Part shown: piece by piece, positions 45,901 to 59,172 of the stretch
How positions within the stretch are numbered: position 1 is the stretch's first letter
How the letters are laid out: every line of letters begins with the position of its first letter
DNA from: Escherichia phage phT4A
Sequence record: NC_055712.1
DNA length: 64,000 nucleotides
Direction: 5' to 3' (one strand)
The notes under the pieces: model-generated
What the model saw: only the letters and a program-made list of their open reading frames with translations
The model's database searches: none
Told to the model about the DNA's origin: nothing
Position numbers and translations under genes: made by a program

Positions 45901-47714
45901 AACAAGAAATTTTAATAGGTCAGGTTGTAGACGATGGTACAGGCGATTACCTGCGTCGAGGTGGTCAAAAGACTAACAGCAACTTTACAGAATTGTATAA
46001 CATGCTGGGGGATGGTGAGATCCCCCATCCAGCAGGTGCCTGGAAAACTTTTGCGGGTACGACGCTATCACCAAAATTTGGTGAATCATGGGCGTTGAAT
46101 ACCAGTGCAAACAAAATCACCGTAAACCTCCCGAAAGGCGGCGTAGGCGATTATAACAAAGTTATTCGTCTGCGTGATGTGTGGTCGCGTTGGGCTACCA
46201 ACAACGTTAGACTGATCCCCGCAACTGGTGATACTATCAAAGGTTCCCCAACTCCTAAAGATCTGTTTAAAGATTTTATGGATGTGGAATTGGTGTATTG
46301 TTCTCCGGGCCGTTGGGAATACGTCGAAAACAAACAGATTGACAAAATCACAACTTCGGATCTGGCAACAGTAGCAAAAGAAACGTATATTGCTACTCAG
46401 GGACAAACTGACTTCCCTAACGTATTCGGTGTTGGTAATGAATACAACCTGCAATCGTTCGAAGTTTACTATCGCGGTAACTTGCTTTTCATCGATGAGA
46501 AAGACGGATTCAATGCTGATAACTCAGACTATGGATCGATTGGTTCTGCTCCTGGTGAACTGGTTGCACTTGATGGTAATTCAGTACGTCTTAAAAACCC
46601 GTGTAACGCTGGTGACACGCTTCAATTTGTTACCTATCTAGATGGGTTAGCAACATGGCGTTCGAGCTATGAAGCGTATGTGATGCGCATGTATCAGACT
46701 GGTGATACTTCTCTGGAAACCGTTCCTGGTGAACAGTGGGTAGGTGATCTGGCAACCAAAAAAGAGTTTACACCTGCTGAATTTGGTGTTAACCCTCGCG
46801 TGTTGATTAACCCTAACTCGTTTGAACTGCTTCTCAACGGTAAACAACTGGTTAAAGGCGGTGACGCTGACTATCCGGCGTTTTCCTGTGAAGGTGCGGA
46901 AGGTGTTGATGAAAGTACGTGTGTTGGTAACTCTGGTGTATGGGTTCCGTCAGGACAGGATTATAGTTTAGTATTCACTGATTCTGTAGTGACTTCAATC
47001 AAGTTTGCTCAGGAACTGGAATCCGGCGACGTTGTAACGATCCGTTGGTTTAACAATGATATTGGTACTCTGATGGATTGGGAAGGAACTGGCGGTATTA
47101 AAGAAAAAGCTGATAAGGTTTATCTCAATAACGAAGAAGAAGTTATATTGACGAACCGTATCGAATATACCGATTATAATAACCCTTCTCAGAAAACAAT
47201 GCGTAATACAGGGGAAACCTATCAGGGACGTATTCTGGATATTCAGGCTATGTTTGATATTATCCACCCGATCGGAACCATCTATGAAAACGCACACAAC
47301 CCGGCAAACCCTGCTGATTATATGGGATTTGGTGGTTGGAAACGTTACGCAGAAGGTTATTTCCTGGCTGGCTGGACATCAAATGCAGCGGATCCTGATT
47401 TCGCATTAAACAATAATGATTTAGATAGTGGTGGTCAACCGAGTCATACGGCAGGTGGTACAGGCGGTGATCGTGGTACAGAAATCAAAATCATCAACGT
47501 TCCTGAACTTGTATCAAAAGATAAAGTTCTGATTGCTGATGAAAATGGTGCTGTGATCATTGGTGGTTGTCAGTTAGATCCTGATGCTTCTGGCCCTGGA
47601 TACACTAAATACCGTGAGGATACATTGAAAGTGAATCATGGTAACACATTACCTGATAAAATCAAAACTATTCCACCGTATATGACTGCACATCGCTGGA
47701 TAAGGGTTGCATAA
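45897..47714 (+). CDS. 10: baseplate wedge / short tail fibre attachment protein gp10
   Basis: 605 aa, synteny. Confidence 0.75.
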   Translation: MKQEILIGQVVDDGTGDYLRRGGQKTNSNFTELYNMLGDGEIPHPAGAWKTFAGTTLSPKFGESWALNTSANKITVNLPKGGVGDYNKVIRLRDVWSRWATNNVRLIPATGDTIKGSPTPKDLFKDFMDVELVYCSPGRWEYVENKQIDKITTSDLATVAKETYIATQGQTDFPNVFGVGNEYNLQSFEVYYRGNLLFIDEKDGFNADNSDYGSIGSAPGELVALDGNSVRLKNPCNAGDTLQFVTYLDGLATWRSSYEAYVMRMYQTGDTSLETVPGEQWVGDLATKKEFTPAEFGVNPRVLINPNSFELLLNGKQLVKGGDADYPAFSCEGAEGVDESTCVGNSGVWVPSGQDYSLVFTDSVVTSIKFAQELESGDVVTIRWFNNDIGTLMDWEGTGGIKEKADKVYLNNEEEVILTNRIEYTDYNNPSQKTMRNTGETYQGRILDIQAMFDIIHPIGTIYENAHNPANPADYMGFGGWKRYAEGYFLAGWTSNAADPDFALNNNDLDSGGQPSHTAGGTGGDRGTEIKIINVPELVSKDKVLIADENGAVIIGGCQLDPDASGPGYTKYREDTLKVNHGNTLPDKIKTIPPYMTAHRWIRVA

Positions 47715-48382
47715 TGGCTTACAACAATATTTCAAAAACAAGGGAGGGCGCTCGCGTCCTCTCTAAAGAAGCAGATTACTTACAGTATGATACTTATGGT
47801 AAGTTGCCTCTGATCGGCGGTAAACGTTCGATCGGCGAACCAAACATTGACCAAACAAAACGCGGTGTTCTGTATGGAAACGTACAATCCGCAATTGATG
47901 ACCTGTATACGCTTATCGAGCAAATCCCGATTAACGGCGTTGTTACCATGACTGAGGATGCACCTCCAATCGCCGTACAGCAGGTTGAGAGCGTTTCTTT
48001 TGATGGTATTGTACAGAACATCGATTCAGACCAAGAACAGGCTGTAGTTCACGTATACGGCTTCCCTTTCATCTTTGATAATGGGACTAACGCCGCAACC
48101 GTTTGTGAAACTGCATACAACAAATTTACTGAATTCGTTGCAGCGGAAAAATATTTCGCAGAAGTTAACCGCAAAGGTGTTGATGGTACGATCCTTGAAT
48201 GTCGATTTATTGATAGTGTTCCGCACCCGGCAACAAATATCTCAGAAAACGGTATTCGTCAAATCGGAACTATCGACGTAGCCGCAAAAAATGGCTATGG
48301 TTCATGGGTTAAGTTGGGTTCTGGTTTCTTACCTGATGTTACTCCGCAAGTAACCGTGTATTACTTCAAACGAATTGCATAA
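47714..48382 (+). CDS. 11: baseplate wedge protein gp11
   Basis: 222 aa, synteny. Confidence 0.75.
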   Translation: MAYNNISKTREGARVLSKEADYLQYDTYGKLPLIGGKRSIGEPNIDQTKRGVLYGNVQSAIDDLYTLIEQIPINGVVTMTEDAPPIAVQQVESVSFDGIVQNIDSDQEQAVVHVYGFPFIFDNGTNAATVCETAYNKFTEFVAAEKYFAEVNRKGVDGTILECRFIDSVPHPATNISENGIRQIGTIDVAAKNGYGSWVKLGSGFLPDVTPQVTVYYFKRIA

Positions 48383-48391
48383 GGATAACAC

Positions 48392-49777
48392 ATGAGTAAC
48401 AATACAATCAACCACGTAAGTGATAAATCCATTTACGTGACATTTGACCCAACAGGTACTGATTGGCCTGATACCATAACCAACGTACAAGATGCGTTGG
48501 AAAAAATAGGTAGTTGGGCGCGTACTGATACTGGGCTTCCTATCGCAACAACTTCTGTTCGTGGTATTGCTCAGATCGCAACCGAAGCTGATATTGACGC
48601 TGGCACGGATAACACTAAGATTGTTACTCCGAAACTGTTAGCATATCGTATGCAGAACCCTAAAGCATCACAAACCGTATGGGGTTATACGAAGTATTCG
48701 ACTGATGCGGAATCTACAACCGTAACTAACGATGCATCGTCTATTACTCCGCGATCTCTGAACTATGTGTTCAATAACCGTAAAGGTACAGAATCGGTTT
48801 GGGGTTCTTCTAAAATTGCTACCACTGCACAGGCGGTTGCTGGTACAGATAACACTGTAACTATGACTCCGCTTAAAGTCAAGCAAGCGATCGCGTCCCT
48901 GGTTCCTGTTCAGTCAAGCGCGACCGAAAGCTCGCAAGGTTTGGTACAACTGGCAACAGTTGCACAGGTTCAGGCTGGTACGATCCGTGAAGGGTATGCA
49001 ATTTCACCTTATACGTTTATTCGTTTAACTGCAACTGAAAGCAACCTGGGCGTTATTCGTATCGCATCACAGGCAGAAGCAAACGCGGGTACTGATGACA
49101 CCAAAGCGATTACTGCGAAAAAATTAATCAATACCCGTGCAACTGGATCTCAGTTCGGTGTTGTCAAATTAGCAACAACTGTTGGTTATGTGGCAAACAC
49201 TGCACTTTCTTCAAACGCTGCTGTATTACCTAGTGATCGAAATGCGGTAATTAACGGTTCTCTTTATGAGAATAGCGCAATATATAACAACAAATATCAG
49301 ACGTGGACAGATCTTGATTGGCATTTCCCAGTAGGTGCTATTGTCATGACTGGTTTTCAGACTGACCACGGTAGTTTGTATATTTGTGATGGTCGCTCAC
49401 TGAATAAAAATAACTATCCGTTACTTTTTGAGCGTATAGGTTATACATTTGGTGGTGGCGGTGATTGGTTTAACCTTCCAGATTGTCGAGGCGTTGCAGT
49501 ACGTGGTCATGACCGTGGACGCGGATTAAACCCTAATCGTGGGTATGGTACATATGAAGGCGATATGTTGGGCTGGCACGAACACCCATTACAGCTTATC
49601 TACCAGAACGGCGGTAATATTCCGAAATGGCAAGCAGTTTATGAACTTAAAAGCGCCGAGAAAAACGATCAGAGTGCTCGCGTGTTTGATTCTTCCATAA
49701 CTAAAGCTACTGGTGTGGGCGGAGAAGAAACCCGCATGAAAAACATCGCATTAAACTACGTAATTCGCGTATTATAA
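48392..49777 (+). CDS. 12: short tail fibre protein gp12
   Basis: N-terminus MSNNTINHVSDKSIYVTFDPTGTDWP and repeats ...GTDNTK..TP..L match T4 gp12; conserved C-terminus NIALNYVIRV. Confidence 0.88.
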   Translation: MSNNTINHVSDKSIYVTFDPTGTDWPDTITNVQDALEKIGSWARTDTGLPIATTSVRGIAQIATEADIDAGTDNTKIVTPKLLAYRMQNPKASQTVWGYTKYSTDAESTTVTNDASSITPRSLNYVFNNRKGTESVWGSSKIATTAQAVAGTDNTVTMTPLKVKQAIASLVPVQSSATESSQGLVQLATVAQVQAGTIREGYAISPYTFIRLTATESNLGVIRIASQAEANAGTDDTKAITAKKLINTRATGSQFGVVKLATTVGYVANTALSSNAAVLPSDRNAVINGSLYENSAIYNNKYQTWTDLDWHFPVGAIVMTGFQTDHGSLYICDGRSLNKNNYPLLFERIGYTFGGGGDWFNLPDCRGVAVRGHDRGRGLNPNRGYGTYEGDMLGWHEHPLQLIYQNGGNIPKWQAVYELKSAEKNDQSARVFDSSITKATGVGGEETRMKNIALNYVIRVL

Positions 49778-49790
49778 CAGAGGTTATTAA

Positions 49791-51543
49791 ATGATCATCG
49801 ACAAATTAAACCCGTTGCCGAAGATCCCGTTTGTTGATGGCGTCCCAGATGACGCCACGACTCAAACGAAGATTATTTGGATCAAAAACGGTGAAACTCT
49901 GGACGGTTCGCCAGATAAAGTGTCAAACACTGGTAGTCTTAACCGAACTGGTGTAAACATCCAGCAGAACGCGGTTCAGTTAGAACAAAATACCATCACC
50001 CATAATGATAAAATCAACGAAGTAATCGATCAGGTTAACTTGATTACTGAAAACATTGATGCTATTGGTGATGAGAGCGTAATCAAAAAAAGTTAACCAG
50101 TTGGATCAGGATGTTCAGGCATTAACTTTATCTAACACCCAAACACAGAACAAGGTAGCACAGTTAACCCTTTCTGTAAATGCTCAGAACGATGAAATTG
50201 GGGAATACGATCCAGAAAAGGATCCTAAACACCGCACAATTCGTAATGATATCATTTACATTAAGAAAGAAGTTGGTTCATATCCTGGATTTAACGTTGA
50301 TGGTGATGTTGACCCCTCTTCTACTGGTACTGGCCTTAAATACCGCGTACTGAGTAACCAACGTGCTATTTCTATGCAGGAAACTCGCATAACCAAACTG
50401 GAAGATGATTGGGCGCTTTCCGAAGTAGGACAACTGACAGAAGAGGTAAAAGAACTTCGTGCTGAAATGGGTGATTCTGGTCTTGCCACAACCCGATCAA
50501 TCTATGCGCGAATCAAGATCCTTGAGGATGGTTCTATTGTAATGCAAAATGAACTTGATGCGATTAATAGTTATATCGGTCGCACGTCAGGTTCAACCAG
50601 TTCCATTAACGATCGTGTGAACAGTCTGGAAAACTCCGTTAGTTCTCTGGCTACACAAATCAATGATCCGGTAACTGGTATCACTGCACAAATTGCAACC
50701 ATTAACGGTCAAATCGGTACGGCTTCTGCTCAGGGTAGTATCCGTTATGATATTGCGGAAACTAAACGCAGATTGATGGATATGGAAATGATTCTGGGTG
50801 AATCCGGCGATGATGGATTGCAGGGACAAGTTGCGATCTTAACTGGTGACGTTGGTGAAGATTCAGATCCTACCAGTATCAAAGGCCGTTTGAGTGTTGT
50901 TGAGGGTGAATTACGCACCAACACTAGCGCACTCTGGGAACTGCAAGGCGTTGTAGGTAACTCTTCTAGTGGCCTCGTTGCAACTAGCCAGCAGATTAAC
51001 AAAGAAATCTATGGTGATGGTGTTAGTTCCGATCCTGTTACTCGCGCTGGTTTGAAAACAACAACCCGCAACCTGTTCACTCAGGTAGGAGATAACTCCG
51101 AAGGTAACGAAACGGGCATTTATGCACTGATTGCCGACCTTACTAAACGTGTTGAGGATTTAGAAGCGTTGAACATTGCACAGGCACTTGCAGATCGCGT
51201 AACTATCGAAGATCTGAATGCTAAACTGGCTCTGTACATCAAAGAAGCTGACGCCGATCTCCGTTATGAGAGCAAAAACCCGCCTCTGTCATTCGGTACT
51301 AACCTAACTGGTGATACTGAATACACTACTGGCGATCCATTGTCTCTAAGCGTAACTATGAATGGTGGTGTTTCTCCGCTGTCTTACCAGTGGACGAAAA
51401 ACGGCGTAAACGTTGGTACTGATGCTAACACATTTACCATCGATTCGCTACAGCCTTCTGATTCCGGAACTTACAAAGTAACGGTAACTGATGCAAGCCA
51501 TAAAGTCATCGTTTCTGATGAACTGGCGATCACTGTCGCTTAA
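49791..51543 (+). CDS. wac: fibritin (wac, whisker/neck fibre) with apparent +1 frame break at A7 run 50085-50091 and Ig-like C-terminal domain
   Basis: N-terminus LPKIPFVDGVPDD...IIWIKNGETL like T4 Wac; segmented coiled-coil body; C-terminus SYQWTKNGVNV...SGTYKVTVTD Ig-like; frames rejoin if one A is removed. Confidence 0.75.
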
Positions 51544-51551
51544 CGATTAAC

Positions 51552-51572
51552 AAGGGGCTTCGGCCCCTTTTG
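51552..51572 (+). terminator. rho-independent terminator
   Basis: AAGGGGC-TTCG-GCCCCTT then TTTT. Confidence 0.65.
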
Positions 51573-51581
51573 AGGATCTTT

Positions 51582-52508
51582 ATGATTACGAACAACCCAG
51601 CACAATTAAAAGATGAAATTCTGCGCCGTTTAGGTGCTCCGATCGTCAAAATCGAAGTGACAACCGAACAGGTTTATGACTGCATTCAACGAGCATTAGA
51701 CCTATATGCAGAATATCATTACAATGGATCTAACAAAGGGTATATCATTCTCACCCTGGGGCCGGACAACCCGAAAAATATTTTCGATCTGAGTAAAGAA
51801 CACATTTTCGCAATTACTAAAGTGTTGCGTACTAACATGGGTTCCCTTGTATCGATGGATGGTACTGCGGTTTATCCGTGGTTTACTGATTTCCTGATGG
51901 GCCTTACTGGTGGTTCTCTGGGCGGTGGTGGTTGTGCATCACGTACCTACGGAATGAACGCATATGGCGCGGATATGGGCTATTTTACCCAGATGATGAG
52001 CTATCAGCGGTCAATGCAAGATCTCCTGTCTCCGCTTCCGGATTACTGGTATAACGACGACACAGGACAGTTTGCAGTATACGGAACCGTTAAAGATGGT
52101 GATATTGTTGTTATCGAAGCAATGATCAGATCCTTTGTTGATGTACCCAGTATGGTCGGTAACGTCGCTGGATACGCTACAGCGGGTTCTGATGGTGAAG
52201 ATAAGCCAACTATAGCAGATATATACAATAACCCCTACAAAGCCGTCTCAGGCGGCGTGAAGGCTGGTCAAGGTACAGGCGTTCAGAGTTCATCCTCTGC
52301 GTATAACAACCGTTGGGTGAAAGATTACGCAACTGCTCTTGTTAAAGAGGTAAACGGTCAGGTGCTGGCTAAGTTTCAGGGTATGCAATTGCCTGGTGGT
52401 GTTGCTCCGGATGGAACCAGACTGATTCAGGAAGCTATGCAAGAAAAAGAAAACCTCCGTCAAGAACTTCTGTTACTGTCTGATGCACTTCCAGTGTTGA
52501 TGATGTAA
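51582..52508 (+). CDS. 13: neck protein gp13
   Basis: ATG at 51582 with GAGGA RBS; ILRRLGAPIV, YPWFTDFLMG, NNRWVKDYATAL colinear with T4 gp13. Confidence 0.9.
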   Translation: MITNNPAQLKDEILRRLGAPIVKIEVTTEQVYDCIQRALDLYAEYHYNGSNKGYIILTLGPDNPKNIFDLSKEHIFAITKVLRTNMGSLVSMDGTAVYPWFTDFLMGLTGGSLGGGGCASRTYGMNAYGADMGYFTQMMSYQRSMQDLLSPLPDYWYNDDTGQFAVYGTVKDGDIVVIEAMIRSFVDVPSMVGNVAGYATAGSDGEDKPTIADIYNNPYKAVSGGVKAGQGTGVQSSSSAYNNRWVKDYATALVKEVNGQVLAKFQGMQLPGGVAPDGTRLIQEAMQEKENLRQELLLLSDALPVLMM

Positions 52509-52517
52509 GGGGGAAAA

Positions 52518-53132
52518 ATGCAATTTAGATTATATCTAGTAGAGTTTAAAACTTCTACGGGAATAAAAATATATGGAGGTAAACGCCATTCTCCATTTAA
52601 TGATCCTAGACATGATTGTTATTGCGGATCTGGGGTATACATCAAACGAGCATTAAAAAAATATGGAAGAGAATGTATTGTTAATATACAATGGTCAAAA
52701 CCGTTTCCAAACAAGGATTTATTAGCGGAAGCCGAAGAATTACTTGTTGATGAGTTGATAGCATCTTATGATAATTGTGTTAATTTAGTTCGTGGCGGTA
52801 AAGGAGGTGCTTCTTTTTATAATCCAGAAGATAACCCTAATTTTGGTTCTAAACGATCTATTGAATCTAAAATAAAGATGTCAGAAAAGGCAAAAAATAG
52901 GGTTTATAGCGAGGAAGGACTAAAACGAAGACAGGAAGCCACTAGGGTCATGATTCAACACAGAAAGCCTCGTGATGTTTCTGGAAGCAAAAACCCAGCC
53001 GCACGAAGGGTAATTGTGGATGGAGTAGAATACTCAACATTGAAAGAATGTGGAGATCATTACGGGATAACTAAAAACTCCGTCTTTAGTCGAATAAAAT
53101 CTAAGAAATGGGAGGGATGGAATTATGCGTGA
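52518..53132 (+). CDS. GIY-YIG homing endonuclease (seg-like) inserted between gp13 and gp14
   Basis: FRLYLVEF...IKIYGG GIY-YIG-like N-terminus, C-terminal DNA-binding tail RRVIVDGVEYSTLKECGDHYGITKNSVFSRIKSKKWEGW; markedly AT-rich; overlaps gp14 start. Confidence 0.7.
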   Translation: MQFRLYLVEFKTSTGIKIYGGKRHSPFNDPRHDCYCGSGVYIKRALKKYGRECIVNIQWSKPFPNKDLLAEAEELLVDELIASYDNCVNLVRGGKGGASFYNPEDNPNFGSKRSIESKIKMSEKAKNRVYSEEGLKRRQEATRVMIQHRKPRDVSGSKNPAARRVIVDGVEYSTLKECGDHYGITKNSVFSRIKSKKWEGWNYA

Positions 53133-53871
53133 TTGGGATGATAATTTATTCGCACAGTTGGAATCTGGCGAAGGTGTTGATAATAGTTTAAAAACGGAAG
53201 TTACTAACAAATACGTTAACTGGTACAAGTATAACCCTACTCAACAGTTACATGATTCACTAACAGCCGAAGCAATTCAAATGAAATCTCCGGATATGTA
53301 TTACGTCCGTCGAGAATTTGTTAATATTGATAAAATTTTGGGTGAAGACCGTGAATCGAAGTTTACAAAATCGTGGAAAATTGCAGCATACATCGATTCG
53401 TATGCAAACTACGAAGGACAGAGAGACTTTTACAGCAAATTCGGTATGATGTCAAACGATGAAATGACACTTGTGATCAATCCTCGTTTATTTGCACATC
53501 AAACTGATGGCGGGATCCCTGTTCTGGGGGATTTGATTTATTTCCCTATGGATAATAGCCTGTTTGAAATTACATGGATTGAGTTTGATCCGTTCTTCCA
53601 GTTCGGTGATCGTCCTCAACGTAAAATCAACCTCGTTAAATTTATCTATACTGGTGAAGAATTGGATCCTAAACTGCAACGAAATGAAGGGATTAACCTT
53701 GCTCCAGATGCTGATCTGGATCTCGAACCTATTCGAAATCTTGATGGATTGGCTGATACCAATATTGAACAATACGAAGAAGATCAAGCCTTTGAAGATG
53801 AAGGCGATGAATTCATTGAATCGTTTGATGTTGTTAACGGACGCGGATCACCGTTCGCACAGTTCCCATAA
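53125..53871 (+). CDS. 14: neck protein gp14
   Basis: DLIYFPMDNSLFEITWIE, FIYTGEELDPKLQRNEGIN colinear with T4 gp14. Confidence 0.9.
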   Translation: MRDWDDNLFAQLESGEGVDNSLKTEVTNKYVNWYKYNPTQQLHDSLTAEAIQMKSPDMYYVRREFVNIDKILGEDRESKFTKSWKIAAYIDSYANYEGQRDFYSKFGMMSNDEMTLVINPRLFAHQTDGGIPVLGDLIYFPMDNSLFEITWIEFDPFFQFGDRPQRKINLVKFIYTGEELDPKLQRNEGINLAPDADLDLEPIRNLDGLADTNIEQYEEDQAFEDEGDEFIESFDVVNGRGSPFAQFP

Positions 53872-53874
53872 ATA
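53867..53874 (+). promoter_or_regulatory. possible late promoter variant CATAAATA
   Basis: one mismatch to TATAAATA, upstream of gp15. Confidence 0.3.
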
Positions 53875-53951
53875 TAACCAGGGGAAACCCTATACATGTA
53901 AGGGTATAAGATTTCTCCTATACCCGCTTTAACCCATACAGGAAAAATAAA

Positions 53952-54772
53952 ATGTTTGGATTTTGGTATAATAGTTCGCTGCGAAATTATATTGTCTTGA
54001 TGGGTTGTCTTTTCAATCACGTGCAAGTTAAACGCATTCGCGGCGAACAAGAAAAATTTATCAAGGTTCCGATTACCTACGCATCAAAAGAAAAATTCCT
54101 GGCATCCATGAACAAGCTGAACTATGCATACAGTCAGGAAAATGTTGCTAAAACGGAAACAATTTTACCACGTATGAATCTATCCCTCGTTGATTTGCAG
54201 TATAACGCAATTCGTAAAACGGGGATCGCGGTAAACCAAAAAATGACGCAGTTACGCGCACCTGGAAAAACAGTAACGCAGTTTAACCCTGCTCCGTATC
54301 GTCTCATGTTCGAACTGGGAGTGTATACCCGTTACGAAGATGATGTGTTTCAGATCATAGAACAGATACTGCCATACTTCCAGCCGCATTTCAACTGTCG
54401 TATTACAGAATTACATAAAAACGACATTAAAATAGACCGAGATATTAAAATATCTCTGCAATCTGTTTCCCCTGATACCACGTTTGAAGGTGATACAACG
54501 ACACGGCGACACATTGAATGGTCTTTAATGTTTGAATTACAGGGCTACCTGTATCCGCCTGTTAACGAGATTAAAGGCGAGATCAGAACAGTATACACGG
54601 ATTTCTTTTCCAATATGAACCCGTTGGACAAAGACAATTTTGAATCCGTTGATGCTCAGGTGGATCCGGTTGATATGCCTATACAGGATTACACGGGAGA
54701 AGAATACGTTCAAACGTATGCTAATGATATCCCAATTCCTAGCGGTGATCAACCTCCTAAACCGAGGGGCCA

Positions 54773-54776
<4 letters not shown>
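53952..54776 (+). CDS. 15: tail sheath stabiliser / tail completion gp15
   Basis: FIKVPITYASKE, QIIEQILPYFQPHFN colinear with T4 gp15. Confidence 0.9.
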
Positions 54777-57115
<2,339 letters not shown>

Positions 57116-57132
57116 TTAGAGGAAACTTAATA

Positions 57133-59124
57133 ATGGCTTTAATCTCTCCAGGCATTGAAACTAAAGAAACATCGGTACAATCTACCGTTGTTCGAAATTC
57201 AACTGGTCGTGCTGCTATTGTTGGTAAATTTTCATGGGGGCCAGCTTACCAGATCCGTCAGATTTCTAACGAAGTCGAACTGGTAAACTATTTTGGCTCC
57301 CCAGACAATGACACCGCTGATTATTTCATGAACGCTGTAAACTTTTTACAGTTCGGTCAGGATCTGCGTGTTGTTCGTGTCGTCGATAAAGAAGCCGCAA
57401 AAAACGCAACCGCGATCTATAATCAGATCAAAACCACGATCACCGCTGCTGGTTCTAACTATGCAGTAGACGATCAGATCAAAGTTAAACACAATAACGT
57501 TGTTATTGAAGAAGATGGTGTTGTTACCAGCGTTGATGATCAGGGTAAAATCCTGTCTGTGTTCATTCCGAGCACTAAGATCATCGCACATGCTAAACAG
57601 GTTGGTGTATATCCGGATCTATCTAGTGGCTGGACTACAGAAATCATTTCCAGTTCTTCTGGTGTTTCTGCTACGATTACAATCGACGGCGTAGAAGTTG
57701 ATCCGGGTATTACTCTGCTCAACCTTGATACCGCAAAAGAAACTATTCAGGCAACTGCTTTCCAGGAACTTTGCACCAAATACCAGCTACCGTCTGTTAT
57801 TGCAATTTATCCTGGCGAAATGGGTAGCACCGTAACGGTTGAAATTCTGTCTAAAGCTGCATACGATTCTTCGGCTGTCATTAAGTCTTATCCTTCTGGT
57901 AAGTCTGGTAAAAACAGCGGTCGCAGTTCGATGAACTTTGGCCCTCAGAATGATAACCAATACGCGTTTATCGTTCGCCGTGGTGGTATTATCCAAGAAA
58001 CGTTTATCGTGTCAACCGCTAAGGGTGATAAAGATATCTACGGTTCAACGATCTACATGGATGATTTCTTTGCAAACGGTGGTTCGCAGTATCTGTATGG
58101 TACGTCCCTAAACTGGCCTGTCGGATTCTCCGGCGTTCTGGAACTGGGCGGCGGTACTTCTGCAAACTCCACTGTAGGCGCTGATGAACTCATGGCTGGT
58201 TGGGATATGTTCGCAGATCGTGAATCTCTGCATGTTCCTCTGCTGATTGCGGGTGCTTGTGCTGGCGAAACTGCCGAAATTTCGTCTACTGTACAGAAAC
58301 ACGCTGTGTCTATCGGTGAAACCCGTTCAGATTGCGTTGTATTCGTTTCTCCGCCGCGTTCTGCTCTGGTTAATATCCCACTGGCTCAGGCCGTTGATAA
58401 CCTCGTAGAATGGCGTACAGGCTACAAAATCGGTAATACTACCCCAGTTGATAATAACATGAACGTAAGTTCAAGTTATGCGTTCATCGACGGTAACTAT
58501 AAGTTCCAGTATGATAAATACAACGATGTTAACCGTTGGATCCCGCTCGCGGGTGATATGGCTGGCCTCTGTGTTTATACCGATCAGGTATCGCAACCGT
58601 GGATGTCTCCGGCTGGCTACAACCGTGGTCAACTGCGTAACTGCATCAAACTGGCTATCGAACCGACCAACGCGCATCGCGATTCTATGTACCAGGTACA
58701 GATTAACGCGGTTACTGGTTTCTCTGGTGGTGCCGGATACATTCTGTACGGTGATAAAACCGCAACGACTGTTCCAAGCCCGTTTGACCGTATCAACGTT
58801 CGTCGCTTGTTCAACATGATCAAGAAAGACATTGGCGATAACGCAAAATATAAACTGTTTGAGAATAACGATGATTTCACTCGTTCTTCCTTCCGTATGG
58901 ATGCAGGACAGTATATGTCTAACGTTCGCGCTCTGGGCGGTGTATACGATTACCGTGTGGTTTGTGACACTACGAACAACACGCCGGATGTTATTGATCG
59001 CAATGAGTTTATTGCATCAATCTACGTCAAACCAGCACGTTCTATCAACTACATCACACTGAACTTCGTAGCAACCTCAACTGGTGCGGATTTCGATGAG
59101 TTGATTGGATCAACGTCAGTATAA
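57133..59124 (+). CDS. 18: tail sheath protein gp18
   Basis: start MALISPGIETKETSVQST matches T4 gp18 N-terminus; ORF-track start 57064 lies inside gp17. Confidence 0.92.
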   Translation: MALISPGIETKETSVQSTVVRNSTGRAAIVGKFSWGPAYQIRQISNEVELVNYFGSPDNDTADYFMNAVNFLQFGQDLRVVRVVDKEAAKNATAIYNQIKTTITAAGSNYAVDDQIKVKHNNVVIEEDGVVTSVDDQGKILSVFIPSTKIIAHAKQVGVYPDLSSGWTTEIISSSSGVSATITIDGVEVDPGITLLNLDTAKETIQATAFQELCTKYQLPSVIAIYPGEMGSTVTVEILSKAAYDSSAVIKSYPSGKSGKNSGRSSMNFGPQNDNQYAFIVRRGGIIQETFIVSTAKGDKDIYGSTIYMDDFFANGGSQYLYGTSLNWPVGFSGVLELGGGTSANSTVGADELMAGWDMFADRESLHVPLLIAGACAGETAEISSTVQKHAVSIGETRSDCVVFVSPPRSALVNIPLAQAVDNLVEWRTGYKIGNTTPVDNNMNVSSSYAFIDGNYKFQYDKYNDVNRWIPLAGDMAGLCVYTDQVSQPWMSPAGYNRGQLRNCIKLAIEPTNAHRDSMYQVQINAVTGFSGGAGYILYGDKTATTVPSPFDRINVRRLFNMIKKDIGDNAKYKLFENNDDFTRSSFRMDAGQYMSNVRALGGVYDYRVVCDTTNNTPDVIDRNEFIASIYVKPARSINYITLNFVATSTGADFDELIGSTSV

Positions 59125-59147
59125 CATGTAAGGGGCTGAAAAGCCCC

Positions 59148-59155
59148 TATAAATA
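59148..59155 (+). promoter_or_regulatory. late promoter TATAAATA
   Basis: exact motif directly after hairpin AGGGGCTGAAAAGCCCCT, 18 nt upstream of gp19. Confidence 0.65.
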
Positions 59156-59172
59156 CACATAGAGGTTAGAAA

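Noticed and set aside
51570-51581. ORF-track starts at TTG or GTG upstream of better ATG starts (gp13 at 51570, gp68 at 61528, 57B-like at 30839, gp18 at 57064)
   Set aside because: Homology to T4 N-termini and RBS placement support the downstream ATG starts used in the feature list.
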